Shown piece after piece: positions 27,081-35,970 of a DNA stretch of 48,724 bases (the first letter of the stretch is position 1; every line of letters begins with the position of its first letter). Position numbers and translations under genes: made by a program. The stretch spans positions 1 to 48,724 of the forward strand of contig JAWLHK010000029.1 in assembly GCA_041690355.1 (NCBI GenBank), written 5' to 3'. Below the pieces are notes generated by a model. That model did no database searches and was not told the DNA's origin. It saw only the letters and a program-made list of their open reading frames with translations. The DNA comes from a bacterium. GTDB taxonomy: Bacteria > J088 > JAWLBW01.

Positions 27081-28517
27081 ATGATGCGTACAACATTACG
27101 GCGGACGGCAATGGTGTTCGGCGATGCGCTGGTGCTCGTGCTGGCGCTCTGGCTGGCGTTTCTTTCCGACATGCTGCATGTCGGCGGCTTCGAGGTCATG
27201 CCGTTTCTCGGTCTGCTTGCGGTCTCGCTGCCCGTCTGGCTTGCGGTTCTGCACATCGGCGTCAGCGATGTGCGTCGACCGACGATGACGGGCTGGACGG
27301 TTCGTATCGTCGCCGGTGCGCTGCTCGCGATGTTGTCTGAAATGCTGCTCTATTCGGGCGGCTTCGCGCCCGCCTCGGCGCGCATCCCCATCCTGCATGC
27401 CGAGCTGACGGCCTGTCTTCTGCTCGTCACCAGGTTCGCGGCGCGCAGGAGCGTCTACGCCCCGGGCTATGCGCTGGCCGGCACCCAGCGCATTCTGCTT
27501 GTCGGCTTCGCGAGGCAGGCGCGCGACTACGCCGAGCGGCTCCAGCAGAGTATCGGGCGGCGGGTCGATGTCGTCGGATTTCTCCACGCCGAGGGCGACG
27601 GCATGGCCGACCTGGCGTCCCTCCGGACGCTTGACGAACTGCTCGGCGCCCATCCGAGCGAGGTGGCGACCGGTAAGCATGATTTCGCCGTTCTGGGCAG
27701 CGTTTCGGGCCTTCGGCGCATTCTCATCGAACAGTCGATCGACCAGGTCGTCTTCTGCTGCGACGAGGCCGAGTTCGCGAGTCATCTGGCTACATGCGAA
27801 GAGATGGGCGTCGAGGCGGTCTACCTTCCCCGGGTGACCGGAAAGGGCATCGCCCATGCGACCGTCGAAGACCACCTGGGCCTGCCGTCGGTGCGCTACA
27901 CGACGACGCCGCGGCAGCGCGGGCAACTGGCCTTGAAACAGGCCATCGACAGCACGCTCTCGGGCCTGGCGGTTCTTCTGTTGCTGCCGCTCTTTGCCCT
28001 GGTGGCGCTGGCGGTGCGGCTCGATTCGCGCGGCCCGGTCTTCTTCAGGCAGACGCGCGTGACGGTGCGCGGGCGCCACTTTGCCTGTCTCAAGTTCCGC
28101 ACGATGTACGTCGACGCCGAGGCGCGTCTCGAAGAGCTGTGGGCGAAGAACGAGATGCAGGGTCCGGTCTTCAAGATGCGCGACGACCCCCGCGTAACCC
28201 GTGTCGGGCGCTGGCTGCGCAAATTCTCGCTCGACGAGCTGCCGCAGCTCTTCAACGTGCTCCGGGGCGAAATGAGCCTGGTGGGTCCGCGTCCGCCGCT
28301 TCCGGCCGAAGTCGCCCGTTACGAACCCTGGCACCGCCGCCGCCTGAGCGTCAAGCCGGGTCTCACCTGCATCTGGCAGGTCTCGGGCAGAAACGACGTC
28401 GACTTCGACAACTGGATGAAACTCGACCTCGAGTATATCGACCGCTGGAGCCTGAGTCTTGACCTCAAGCTCATCCTGAAGACGATTCCCGCCGTCGTTC
28501 GGGGCACAGGCTGCTGA
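27081..28517 (+). CDS. Polyprenyl-phosphate glycosylphosphotransferase (priming sugar transferase, WcaJ/ExoY-like)
   Basis: N-terminal TM helices, Rossmann-like ILLVG segment, C-terminal bacterial sugar transferase domain (GPVFFRQ.R, KFRTM, DDPRVTRVGRWLRKFSLDELPQLFNVLRGEMSLVGPRP, VKPGLT..WQVSGR). Confidence 0.95.
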   Translation: MMRTTLRRTAMVFGDALVLVLALWLAFLSDMLHVGGFEVMPFLGLLAVSLPVWLAVLHIGVSDVRRPTMTGWTVRIVAGALLAMLSEMLLYSGGFAPASARIPILHAELTACLLLVTRFAARRSVYAPGYALAGTQRILLVGFARQARDYAERLQQSIGRRVDVVGFLHAEGDGMADLASLRTLDELLGAHPSEVATGKHDFAVLGSVSGLRRILIEQSIDQVVFCCDEAEFASHLATCEEMGVEAVYLPRVTGKGIAHATVEDHLGLPSVRYTTTPRQRGQLALKQAIDSTLSGLAVLLLLPLFALVALAVRLDSRGPVFFRQTRVTVRGRHFACLKFRTMYVDAEARLEELWAKNEMQGPVFKMRDDPRVTRVGRWLRKFSLDELPQLFNVLRGEMSLVGPRPPLPAEVARYEPWHRRRLSVKPGLTCIWQVSGRNDVDFDNWMKLDLEYIDRWSLSLDLKLILKTIPAVVRGTGC

Positions 28518-28567
28518 CCAGTCGGATACCGGAGGGCTGAACCCGGAACTGCCGGCGCGAAAGCGCG

Positions 28568-30889
28568 TCAGGCCCGCGGCCTGAAGAACTCGGCCATCCG
28601 ATGCTGGGCGTTGCGCAGGCGCCGCTTCATCGGGCTGATGTCTTCGGTTCCGTACCCGTAGTAATAATAGGCGTCGCCGCTTTCATTCGTCGCCGTGCGG
28701 TTCAGGACGACGCCCCGAATACGGGCCCCGACATTCCGGAGAAGTTCGAGGGCGCGCTTCGCCTCCTGGATCGAGGTCTTGCCGGCGCCGGCCACGAAGA
28801 AGACGGCGTCGGCCGTCGCCGCCAGCACGGCCGCGTCGGTGAAGGCCACGACCGGCGGCGCATCGAAGAGCACGTAGTCGTAGGCCTGGCGTGCTTCCTG
28901 GTGGAATTCACGGAAGCGGGGCGTCTCGAGAAATTCGGCGGGGTCGGGCGGCAGAAGGCCCGCCGGCAGAACCGAGAGTCCGCTTACGCCGGTTTGCGTG
29001 CGCACGCGTTCCTGCCAGGCGCCGCCTTCGAGCAGGGCATTCGTCATGCCCGGTTCGCAGGCAAGCTGAAAGGCCGTGTGAATGCGCGGCCGCCGCAGGT
29101 CGCAATCGACGAGCAGCACGCGGCTCCCACCCTGGGCGAGGCTGATGGCCAGATTCGTAATCGTCGTCGTCTTGCCCTCGCCGGGCGCAGCGCTCGTGAA
29201 GAGCAGGGTCCGAATCGGTGACTTGTCTGAGGCAGTAAACCGCAGGTTTGTTCGGAACGAGCGAAAGGCCTCGTGCGCGGGCGACCGGGATTCCTTACGT
29301 GCCTCAAGCAGGGGAGACTCGCCCCGGATGGTCGGGATCAGTCCGTAAACGGGAAGTTTGAGGTGCCGCTCGACGTCGTCGTCTGTCTTCAGGCTGTCGT
29401 CGGCGAACTCGAGCACGAAGGCGGCGCCCGCCCCGAACATCAGGCCGAGTACGGCGAAGAGCATGAGATTGCCGCTGACGTCGGGAGACACCGGGTCTTC
29501 AGGCGTGATGGCCGGATCGATGACGCGCACGTTGCCGACGATGCCGGCCCGCGCGATACGGGCCTCTTCATGCTTCTTGAGCAGAAAGGTGTACAGGTCG
29601 GCGTTGACCTCGCTCTTGCGCGTCAGGGCCGCCAGCTCGCGCTCGGCCTTCGGCAGCGTCTTCAGCCGATCTTCATAGCGGTTGATGAGCCCCTTGACGG
29701 TTGCCAGGCGGTTACGCAGCGAACGGTCTGTATTGACGACGCTCTGGCGAATCTTATCCTTGAGTTCGTCGACCTGTGCGGTCAGAATCTTCACGCGCGG
29801 GTTCAGGGTCGTCATGTCCTGGCGCAGGCCGCGCAGTTCGACGAGACGCTGCGAGAGGTCGGTGACCATCTGGTTGATCGTCGGGTCGGGCATGCTCACT
29901 GTGCCGAGCAGATAGGGGTCGTCCTTCTCGCCGGCATGCTTCAACAGGCCCGCCAGACGCGAGCTCTGGCGCTGCTGGAGTTCGAGTTCGGCCCGGGTCA
30001 GCTCGAGCTTGCTGATCTGCTCGATCAGGCGGTTGGCCTCTTCGCTGAGCACGAAGATGCCCTTCTCGCTTTTGACTTCGTCGAGCCGCGCCTCGCCCTG
30101 CTCGAGATTGCCGCGGATGACATCGAGCTGCTCGTCGAGAAAGCGCAGTGTCTGGCTGGCCTCCTGGCTCTTGCGCTCGACGTTCCACGAAATGTAGATC
30201 TGGGTGACCTTGTTGACGATGTCGCGGGCGGCGAAGGGGTCGGGCGAGTCGTAGCCGATGCGGATCATGTTCGTTTTGCGCCCGAGCTCGTTGACGTGGA
30301 TGGCGGCCTGCAGGGCGCCGACGGCGTCGCGGATGCGGATCTTGCGGAAGCGGACCTGATCGCCCGGTCTGGCGCCGCTTGCTTCGAGCACCCAGGATAA
30401 GTCGGCGGTGTTGAAGGGCTTGCCGCGTTCGCCGGCGCCCAGCTTCTTGCCTGCTTCGTCGAAAACCTCGTATCGATTTTCTTCGCCGAAGTGCACCACG
30501 AAGACCGGCCCCGAGGCGGCCGGATAGGTTTGTGAGCGATACTCGTTGATGACGATGCGCCGCCCGGGACGCTCGTCGAGAAGTACGGCATCGAGACCAA
30601 GCTCACGCACGGCCTGTTCGGCGACGGTGCGTGATTTGATGATCTGCATCTCGGCCTCGACGGCGACCGAGGTTTCTTCGAGCCCACGTGGCAGCTCGGA
30701 GAGCACGCCGAGTCGCGGGCGCTCTTCTTCGACCTGCACCGTGGCCTCGGCCTGATAGAGCGGTGTGAGAAACAGGGTGCCGACGGTGCCGGCGACGAAA
30801 ACCGTTCCGGCGATGACGGCGACGAGACGCCAGCGTCTGCGCAGCACCAGCCAGTAGTCACGCAATCCGTTCTGCCTGTTCCCGGTCAT
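28568..30889 (-). CDS. wzc: Wzc-type polysaccharide co-polymerase / BY tyrosine autokinase
   Basis: Wzz-like N-terminus (YW.VLRRRW, TPLYQAEATVQV), coiled coil, Walker A SAAPGEGKTT, A' LLVDCDLRRP, B YVLFDAPP, C-terminal Tyr cluster YYYYGY. Confidence 0.95.
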   Translation of the reverse strand: MTGNRQNGLRDYWLVLRRRWRLVAVIAGTVFVAGTVGTLFLTPLYQAEATVQVEEERPRLGVLSELPRGLEETSVAVEAEMQIIKSRTVAEQAVRELGLDAVLLDERPGRRIVINEYRSQTYPAASGPVFVVHFGEENRYEVFDEAGKKLGAGERGKPFNTADLSWVLEASGARPGDQVRFRKIRIRDAVGALQAAIHVNELGRKTNMIRIGYDSPDPFAARDIVNKVTQIYISWNVERKSQEASQTLRFLDEQLDVIRGNLEQGEARLDEVKSEKGIFVLSEEANRLIEQISKLELTRAELELQQRQSSRLAGLLKHAGEKDDPYLLGTVSMPDPTINQMVTDLSQRLVELRGLRQDMTTLNPRVKILTAQVDELKDKIRQSVVNTDRSLRNRLATVKGLINRYEDRLKTLPKAERELAALTRKSEVNADLYTFLLKKHEEARIARAGIVGNVRVIDPAITPEDPVSPDVSGNLMLFAVLGLMFGAGAAFVLEFADDSLKTDDDVERHLKLPVYGLIPTIRGESPLLEARKESRSPAHEAFRSFRTNLRFTASDKSPIRTLLFTSAAPGEGKTTTITNLAISLAQGGSRVLLVDCDLRRPRIHTAFQLACEPGMTNALLEGGAWQERVRTQTGVSGLSVLPAGLLPPDPAEFLETPRFREFHQEARQAYDYVLFDAPPVVAFTDAAVLAATADAVFFVAGAGKTSIQEAKRALELLRNVGARIRGVVLNRTATNESGDAYYYYGYGTEDISPMKRRLRNAQHRMAEFFRPRA

Positions 30890-31950
30890 CAATCTCCCCC
30901 GTCGATAATGTCGTCGATGATGAAGTAGTCGCGTACGACCCCGAGCGGCCTGATCAGCAGGGTGTCGAGTGTCGGGTTGATGAGCGCCAGCGCGCGGTTC
31001 CAGTTGGCGAGGCCCGTCGGCGGCACCCAGACGACGTCGCCGGGCAGCAGTCGCAGGGCGGCGGGATTTCCCTCGCCGTATTTCATGGCGGCCTCGACGT
31101 CGACGACGTGCAGGACCATTTCGCCGCCGTGCCGCCGGATGATGGCGATTTCGTCATCATTGGCGCCGATGGTAAAACCGCCTGCCTGGGCGACGGCCTG
31201 CAGCACGCCGAGCCCGTGCGCCGACACCGGGACGGCGCTGGGGCGTGCGACTTCGCCGAGCACATAGGCGAGATTCTGGCTTTGCGAGGGGACGTAGAGC
31301 GTATCGCCCGGTTGCATGTAGATGTCTTCCATCGGCGTCGTGAACACTGCCGTCAGGTCAATGGGGTAGACCTTGCCGCGCCGTGAGAGGTAGGCGCCGT
31401 CGAGTACGGCGGCGGGTGTGGTGCCCCCCGCGAGGGAGACGGCCTCGCGCAGGCTGATCGGCTTGTAGATCGGATATCCGCCAGGTTTGTTGACGTCGCC
31501 GAGTACATAGAAGCGCTTCGAGTGGATTTCGGCGGGCTTCAGGTCGAGCTGGGGATTCTCAAAATACAGGCCAAGCGTGCGCGTGAGCTTCTCCTGGGCG
31601 CGCCGCAAGGTGAGGCCGGCGATGTGCACGTGTCCGGCGGCGGGCAGAAAGACGGTGCCGTCGTCTTTGACGAGCAGCTCGGTGGTGAGATCTGCGTTGC
31701 GCCACACGAGCATTTCCAGCCGGTCATAGGGCCCGACCGTGTAAAGCGTTGCGGCCCCGGCGTGCTCGCGCAGCGGCGAGATGTCGACCGGCAGCGGCAA
31801 GGCGACGACGGGGTTGTCGACGTCGGGTGTCGAACGCGGCCACCAGCACCCCGTCGTCTCGGCCGTCAGAAGGAGAAGAAGAACGATAACAGGAAATCGG
31901 CCCCGTCTCGTGCAGTTACTCAACTGGCTTGGCACGCTGTGCACCCTCAT
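30889..31950 (-). CDS. wza: Wza/OPX polysaccharide export lipoprotein with SLBB domains
   Basis: Lipobox-like TTGC; Y.VGP.D.L...VW, V..DG...LP.AG...IAGLT; two SLBB-like units (YVLG.V.KPG.Y; YVLGEV.RP; L.PGD...VP); stop overlaps wzc start. Confidence 0.88.
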   Translation of the reverse strand: MRVHSVPSQLSNCTRRGRFPVIVLLLLLTAETTGCWWPRSTPDVDNPVVALPLPVDISPLREHAGAATLYTVGPYDRLEMLVWRNADLTTELLVKDDGTVFLPAAGHVHIAGLTLRRAQEKLTRTLGLYFENPQLDLKPAEIHSKRFYVLGDVNKPGGYPIYKPISLREAVSLAGGTTPAAVLDGAYLSRRGKVYPIDLTAVFTTPMEDIYMQPGDTLYVPSQSQNLAYVLGEVARPSAVPVSAHGLGVLQAVAQAGGFTIGANDDEIAIIRRHGGEMVLHVVDVEAAMKYGEGNPAALRLLPGDVVWVPPTGLANWNRALALINPTLDTLLIRPLGVVRDYFIIDDIIDGGD

Positions 31951-32099
31951 GGAAAACCCACTCTGTGCTACATTTCAGCCGTAAAGGCGGCACTCGATGT
32001 CCCTACTATAGGTCAATTCGACGCCCCCGGGAACGGCATTGCAGCTCTCGGGCGAAAGGGAAATCCGACCTTTGGGAGCGTCGTCGAATACACACAAGC

Positions 32100-32114
32100 G
32101 GGGGGGGGGGGGGG
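32100..32114. repeat. Poly-G homopolymer (15 G) in the divergent wza / fcl intergenic region
   Basis: Directly visible run of 15 G. Confidence 0.9.
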
Positions 32115-32290
32115 CAGCCCAACCTTGTGAAAGCTTCTGTCACAAGCGCAGCCTGGACGCAAGCCCCCTCCCACCGAGCGCCAGGACGTGCTATTGGACG
32201 CTCGGTTCAGCCCGACCCCGCGTGCTAAGTTGGGATCAAGGCCGACGCCTGTGTCGTCGACTGGGGATCCCAAGCACGAAACGGGGAGAC

Positions 32291-33244
32291 ATGGATAGGA
32301 ACGCAAGGGTCTTTGTTGCGGGTCACCGCGGCCTCGTCGGCTCGGCGATCCGGCGCGCGCTCGAGGCGCGGGGCTACACGAATCTGCTTCTGCGCCGTTC
32401 GCGCGAGGTCGATCTCCGCATCCGCGAAGAGGTCGACGAACTGTTCGCCGCCGAACGCCCGGAGTACATTTTTCTCGCCGCGGCCAAGGTGGGCGGCATT
32501 CTCGCCAACCGCGATTACCCGGCCGACTTCATCCGCGACAACCTGCTGATCCAGGCGAACGTCATTGACGCAGCCTGGCGCCATGACGTGAAGAAACTGC
32601 TCTTTCTCGGTTCCTCCTGCATCTATCCGCGTCTGTGCCCCCAGCCGATTCGCGAAGAGTACCTGCTGACCGGCCCGCTCGAAAGCACGAACGAACCGTA
32701 CGCCGTCGCCAAGATCGCCGGCATTCGCATGTGCCAGGCCTACAACCGGCAGCACGGCACGCGCTTCATCGTCGGCATGCCGACCAATCTCTACGGCCCC
32801 GGCGACAACTTCGACCTGGAGTCGAGCCACGTGCTGCCGGCGCTCATCCGCAAGTTTCACGAAGCGCTGCCCGACCGGCCGGTCACCCTGTGGGGAAGCG
32901 GAGAACCGCGCCGCGAGTTCCTGCACTGCGACGATCTCGCCGACGCGGCCATCCACCTCATGCTGCACTATGAGGGGGACGAGCCGGTCAACATGGGGAC
33001 CGGCGAAGACATCGCCATCCGCGAGCTGGCCAGGATGATTCAGGAAGTCGTCGGGCACCGCGGCCCCATCCACTGGGACACCGCGAAGCCCGACGGCACG
33101 CCGCGCAAATGGCTCGACGTAAGCCGGCTTCGCGAGACGGGCTGGAGTCCGCGAATCCATCTGCGCGAGGGTATCCGCAACACCTACCAGTGGTACCTTG
33201 CCTACGTCCACCGTGCGGGGAACATCGGGAAAAAAGCCGCCTGA
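32291..33244 (+). CDS. fcl: GDP-L-fucose synthase (epimerase/reductase)
   Basis: ATG 32291 after GGGGAG; VFVAGHRGLVGSA, LAAAKVGGILAN, LFLGSSCIYP, EPYAVAKIAG, MPTNLYGPGDNF, SHVLPALIRKFH, KPDGTPRK. Confidence 0.97.
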   Translation: MDRNARVFVAGHRGLVGSAIRRALEARGYTNLLLRRSREVDLRIREEVDELFAAERPEYIFLAAAKVGGILANRDYPADFIRDNLLIQANVIDAAWRHDVKKLLFLGSSCIYPRLCPQPIREEYLLTGPLESTNEPYAVAKIAGIRMCQAYNRQHGTRFIVGMPTNLYGPGDNFDLESSHVLPALIRKFHEALPDRPVTLWGSGEPRREFLHCDDLADAAIHLMLHYEGDEPVNMGTGEDIAIRELARMIQEVVGHRGPIHWDTAKPDGTPRKWLDVSRLRETGWSPRIHLREGIRNTYQWYLAYVHRAGNIGKKAA

Positions 33245-33284
33245 GCGCGCCCCGAATCCGCCATCCGAATAAGGAATCTGGAAT

Positions 33285-34691
33285 ATGAGCACAGTCAAGC
33301 ACCTGAACGTGGTGCCCGTCATTCTCGCGGGCGGATCGGGTACCCGGCTCTGGCCGCTCAGCAAGCCGGGCACCCCCAAGCAGTTTCTCTCGCTCTTCGG
33401 CGGGCGCACCTTGCTGCAGGAGACGATCGCGCGGATTCTGCCTCTGCCCGCCCGTCACCTGCTCGTCGTGACCGGCGCGGCCCAGCAGCTCGAGACCGAG
33501 GCCCAACTGCGCGACCTCGGGCTCGGGCAGGATCGGGTGACGGTGCTCGCTGAACCGTGCGCACGCAACACGGCGCCGGCCATCGCCCTGGTAGCCGCCT
33601 TTATCCGCGACCGTTTCGGGCCCGAGGCGCGGATGGTCGTCCTGCCGGCCGATCATCACGTCGGCGATGCCAACGCATTCCGCGAAACCATTCGCAAGGC
33701 GGTCGAAGAGGCCGGCAACGAGATGCTGGTGACCATCGGCGTGCGCCCGACCGGCCCGGCGACGGGCTACGGCTACATCCACGCGGCCGAGGTGCGCGAC
33801 GGGGCGGCCGATGTCCGCGCCTTTGTCGAAAAGCCTGACCGCGTGCGCGCCGAAGGGTATGTCGCGTCGGGCGACTACTTCTGGAACAGCGGCATGTTCG
33901 TCTGGACGAGCGGCACCATTCTGCGGGCGCTGGAGCGCCATCTTCCCGAAATCGTTCCCCTGCTGCGGCTTAGCTGGGAAGCCTTCTGCCAGCGTTTCGC
34001 CGAGGCGCCGGATATTTCCGTCGACTATGCGGTGCTCGAGAAAGCCGCCGGGGTGCGCATGGTGCCGGCCGCGTTTGCCTGGAGCGATGTCGGCACGTGG
34101 GACTCGGTCGTCAGCTTTCTGCGCGGCGAAGGGCGCTTCAAGCGGGCCGACGTCGAGATCGAGTGCGAGTCCATCGATGTCTTCGCGCAACGCCCGGTCG
34201 CCGTCGTCGGGCTCGGCGAGATCATCGTGATCGACGGCGATCAGGGCATCCTCATCCTCAAGAAGGGGCACGGCCAGTCGGTCGGCATGGTCGCCAAGGT
34301 CATGGCAGAGAAGATGATGGTCGAGGGTGGCGAGGGCAAGGACATCCCCCGGATTGTGCCCAAGCCCTGGGGCGAGGAGTTCATCTGGGCGCATACCCCG
34401 CGCTACGTGGGCAAAGTCCTGCGTATCCGGAAGGGCGAAAGTCTCAGCCTGCAGTATCACCGGATGAAGGATGAGACGATCAACGTCCTGCGCGGCACGC
34501 TCATCTTCCGCCACGGCCCGCATCCCGACGCGCTTCAGGAGACGCGTCTCGGCCCCGGCGAGAGCTTTCACATCCGCACGCGCACCGTGCACCAGATGGA
34601 GGCCGCCGAAGACTGCGAGATCCTCGAGGTCAGCACCCCCGAGCTCGACGACGTCGTCCGGCTGAACGACCGGTACGGAAGGGCGGCCTGA
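33285..34691 (+). CDS. manC: Mannose-1-phosphate guanylyltransferase with C-terminal cupin (PMI-like) domain
   Basis: PVILAGGSGTRLWPLS, PKQFL, EP.ARNTAPAI, LPADH, TGYGYI, FVEKPD, WNSGMF, ISVDYAVLEK, WSDVG.W; cupin KPWG...LSLQYH..KDET. Confidence 0.93.
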   Translation: MSTVKHLNVVPVILAGGSGTRLWPLSKPGTPKQFLSLFGGRTLLQETIARILPLPARHLLVVTGAAQQLETEAQLRDLGLGQDRVTVLAEPCARNTAPAIALVAAFIRDRFGPEARMVVLPADHHVGDANAFRETIRKAVEEAGNEMLVTIGVRPTGPATGYGYIHAAEVRDGAADVRAFVEKPDRVRAEGYVASGDYFWNSGMFVWTSGTILRALERHLPEIVPLLRLSWEAFCQRFAEAPDISVDYAVLEKAAGVRMVPAAFAWSDVGTWDSVVSFLRGEGRFKRADVEIECESIDVFAQRPVAVVGLGEIIVIDGDQGILILKKGHGQSVGMVAKVMAEKMMVEGGEGKDIPRIVPKPWGEEFIWAHTPRYVGKVLRIRKGESLSLQYHRMKDETINVLRGTLIFRHGPHPDALQETRLGPGESFHIRTRTVHQMEAAEDCEILEVSTPELDDVVRLNDRYGRAA

Positions 34692-34699
34692 CACGAAGT

Positions 34700-34773
34700 C
34701 GAAGTGCGAGCGCGGAGCGCGGAACTGCCCGGTCCATGTACTCGCAGTTCCGCGTTACGAGTCCCGCGCTTCG
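34700..34773. repeat. Long imperfect inverted repeat after manC (possible terminator or stabilising hairpin)
   Basis: CGCGGAACTGC (34718-34728) pairs with GCAGTTCCGCG (34744-34754); outer arms CGAAGTGCG / CGCGCTTCG. Confidence 0.55.
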
Positions 34774-34857
34774 TAGGTTGCCTGTTTCTTTGCACGCGAT
34801 CGCGTACGGGTGCACCTTCACGGATAGCTGTTGGAAGCCTGTGATAAGATAGTGCCG

Positions 34858-35070
34858 ATGTCCGATTCTGAGATTCTTTTCATCGTTGAGGAGTCGCCTG
34901 AAGGGGGCTATACGGCCCGTGCTTCGGGGCATGCAATTTTTACGGAGTCCGACACGGCCGAGGAGCTTCGCGATCGGGTTCGCGATGCAGTCGTCTGCCA
35001 TTTCGAAAAGGGCCAGGGGCCGAAGGTGATCCGGCTTCAATTTGTGCGCGAAGAAATCATCGGCACATGA
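34858..35070 (+). CDS. hicB: Short HicB-like antitoxin (RNase H-like fold only, no DNA-binding domain)
   Basis: EILFIVEESPEGGYTARA.G.AIFTE.DT.EELR..VRDAV.CHF; ATGA-coupled to a HicA-like gene. Confidence 0.8.
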   Translation: MSDSEILFIVEESPEGGYTARASGHAIFTESDTAEELRDRVRDAVVCHFEKGQGPKVIRLQFVREEIIGT

Positions 35071-35320
35071 GGCGTCCCCGCGATCTCTCGGGTGCAGAGC
35101 TTGCGAAGCGATTGGGCATATTCGGCTATGAAGTTTCAAGACAGTCGGGCAGCCATATCAGGCTGAGCACGCGCACAAACGGTGAACACCACATCACCAT
35201 CCCATCCCATCCCATGACCCGCTTCGGGTAGGTACCCTTTCAGCCATTCTCGGCGAAGTGGCCGCTCATCTGAATCTGAGCCGCGATCAGCTCCTCGAAC
35301 GCCTCTTCGGAAAAGCCTGA
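35067..35320 (+). pseudogene. hicA: HicA-family mRNA interferase toxin, frameshifted by one extra CCCAT unit
   Basis: MRRPRDLSGAELAKRLGIFGYEVSRQSGSHIRL...HHITIPSH then TAG at 35229-35231. Removing one CCCAT from 35201-35215 restores ...IPSHDPLRVGTLSAILGEVAAHLNLSRDQLLERLFGKA* (82 aa), with GSH and GTL..IL HicA motifs. Confidence 0.88.
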
Positions 35321-35970
35321 CCGCCGTACTCTTCGGCTTTCCAACCGGAAATCTGCCATCCGCTATCGCCACAGCGAAGGCCGTGCGTCGAGGGTATCCT
35401 GGCGCGCGGTAATCAACTTCACGGGCGCGAGATCGAGGGGGCGCGAGGAAATCGCTATGTTTCAGGTTCTCCCGGTAGTCGGGATGGCCTGCGCGGACCC
35501 TGCGGGGTGAAAATGGTCGACCGGGGAAAGTCTGGCTCTCGGTCACTACTGCGCCGAGGCTGATGCTTTTTTGACGACCTCACGGCGGTCGAGAGGAACG
35601 ATGGGAAGGTGACGGCGCAACAATCAAGGGTGCGCTCGTAGGACCGTAGATTCCCCGCCCGAATTCAAGTGACCTTGGAATGAATCGCCGCCCCACACGA
35701 CCATGCGATTCCCGGTCTCCCGGTTTCGATACGCGCGCAGCAGCCGCTCGACGTCGGCCTTGAGGGCGAGGGCGCCGCTCGTCGCCTGTTCGACATAGGC
35801 GACCTGCTGGTCAGCCGCCAGGTCGAGCGCGAGGGCGAGGACGGCCTGGTTTCGGTAGGCTGACGAATCGGCGCTCGGGGGTCTCCCTATGCGGCGTGTC
35901 AGCGCACGACGCTGAGAGTGGTGGAGAGGGCCGTCAAGGTTGTTCCGGCTCGATCCGGCTGGTAGCGACG

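Noticed and set aside
31929-31945. TTGGCACGCTGTGCAC (and CGGCACGCTCCTGC at about 15543) as sigma-54 promoters
   Set aside because: GG-to-GC spacing is not the required 10 nt.
34858-35070. Possible '2-oxoisovalerate dehydrogenase subunit' label often attached to such proteins
   Set aside because: 70 aa is far too short; the sequence pattern and coupling to HicA indicate a HicB-like antitoxin.
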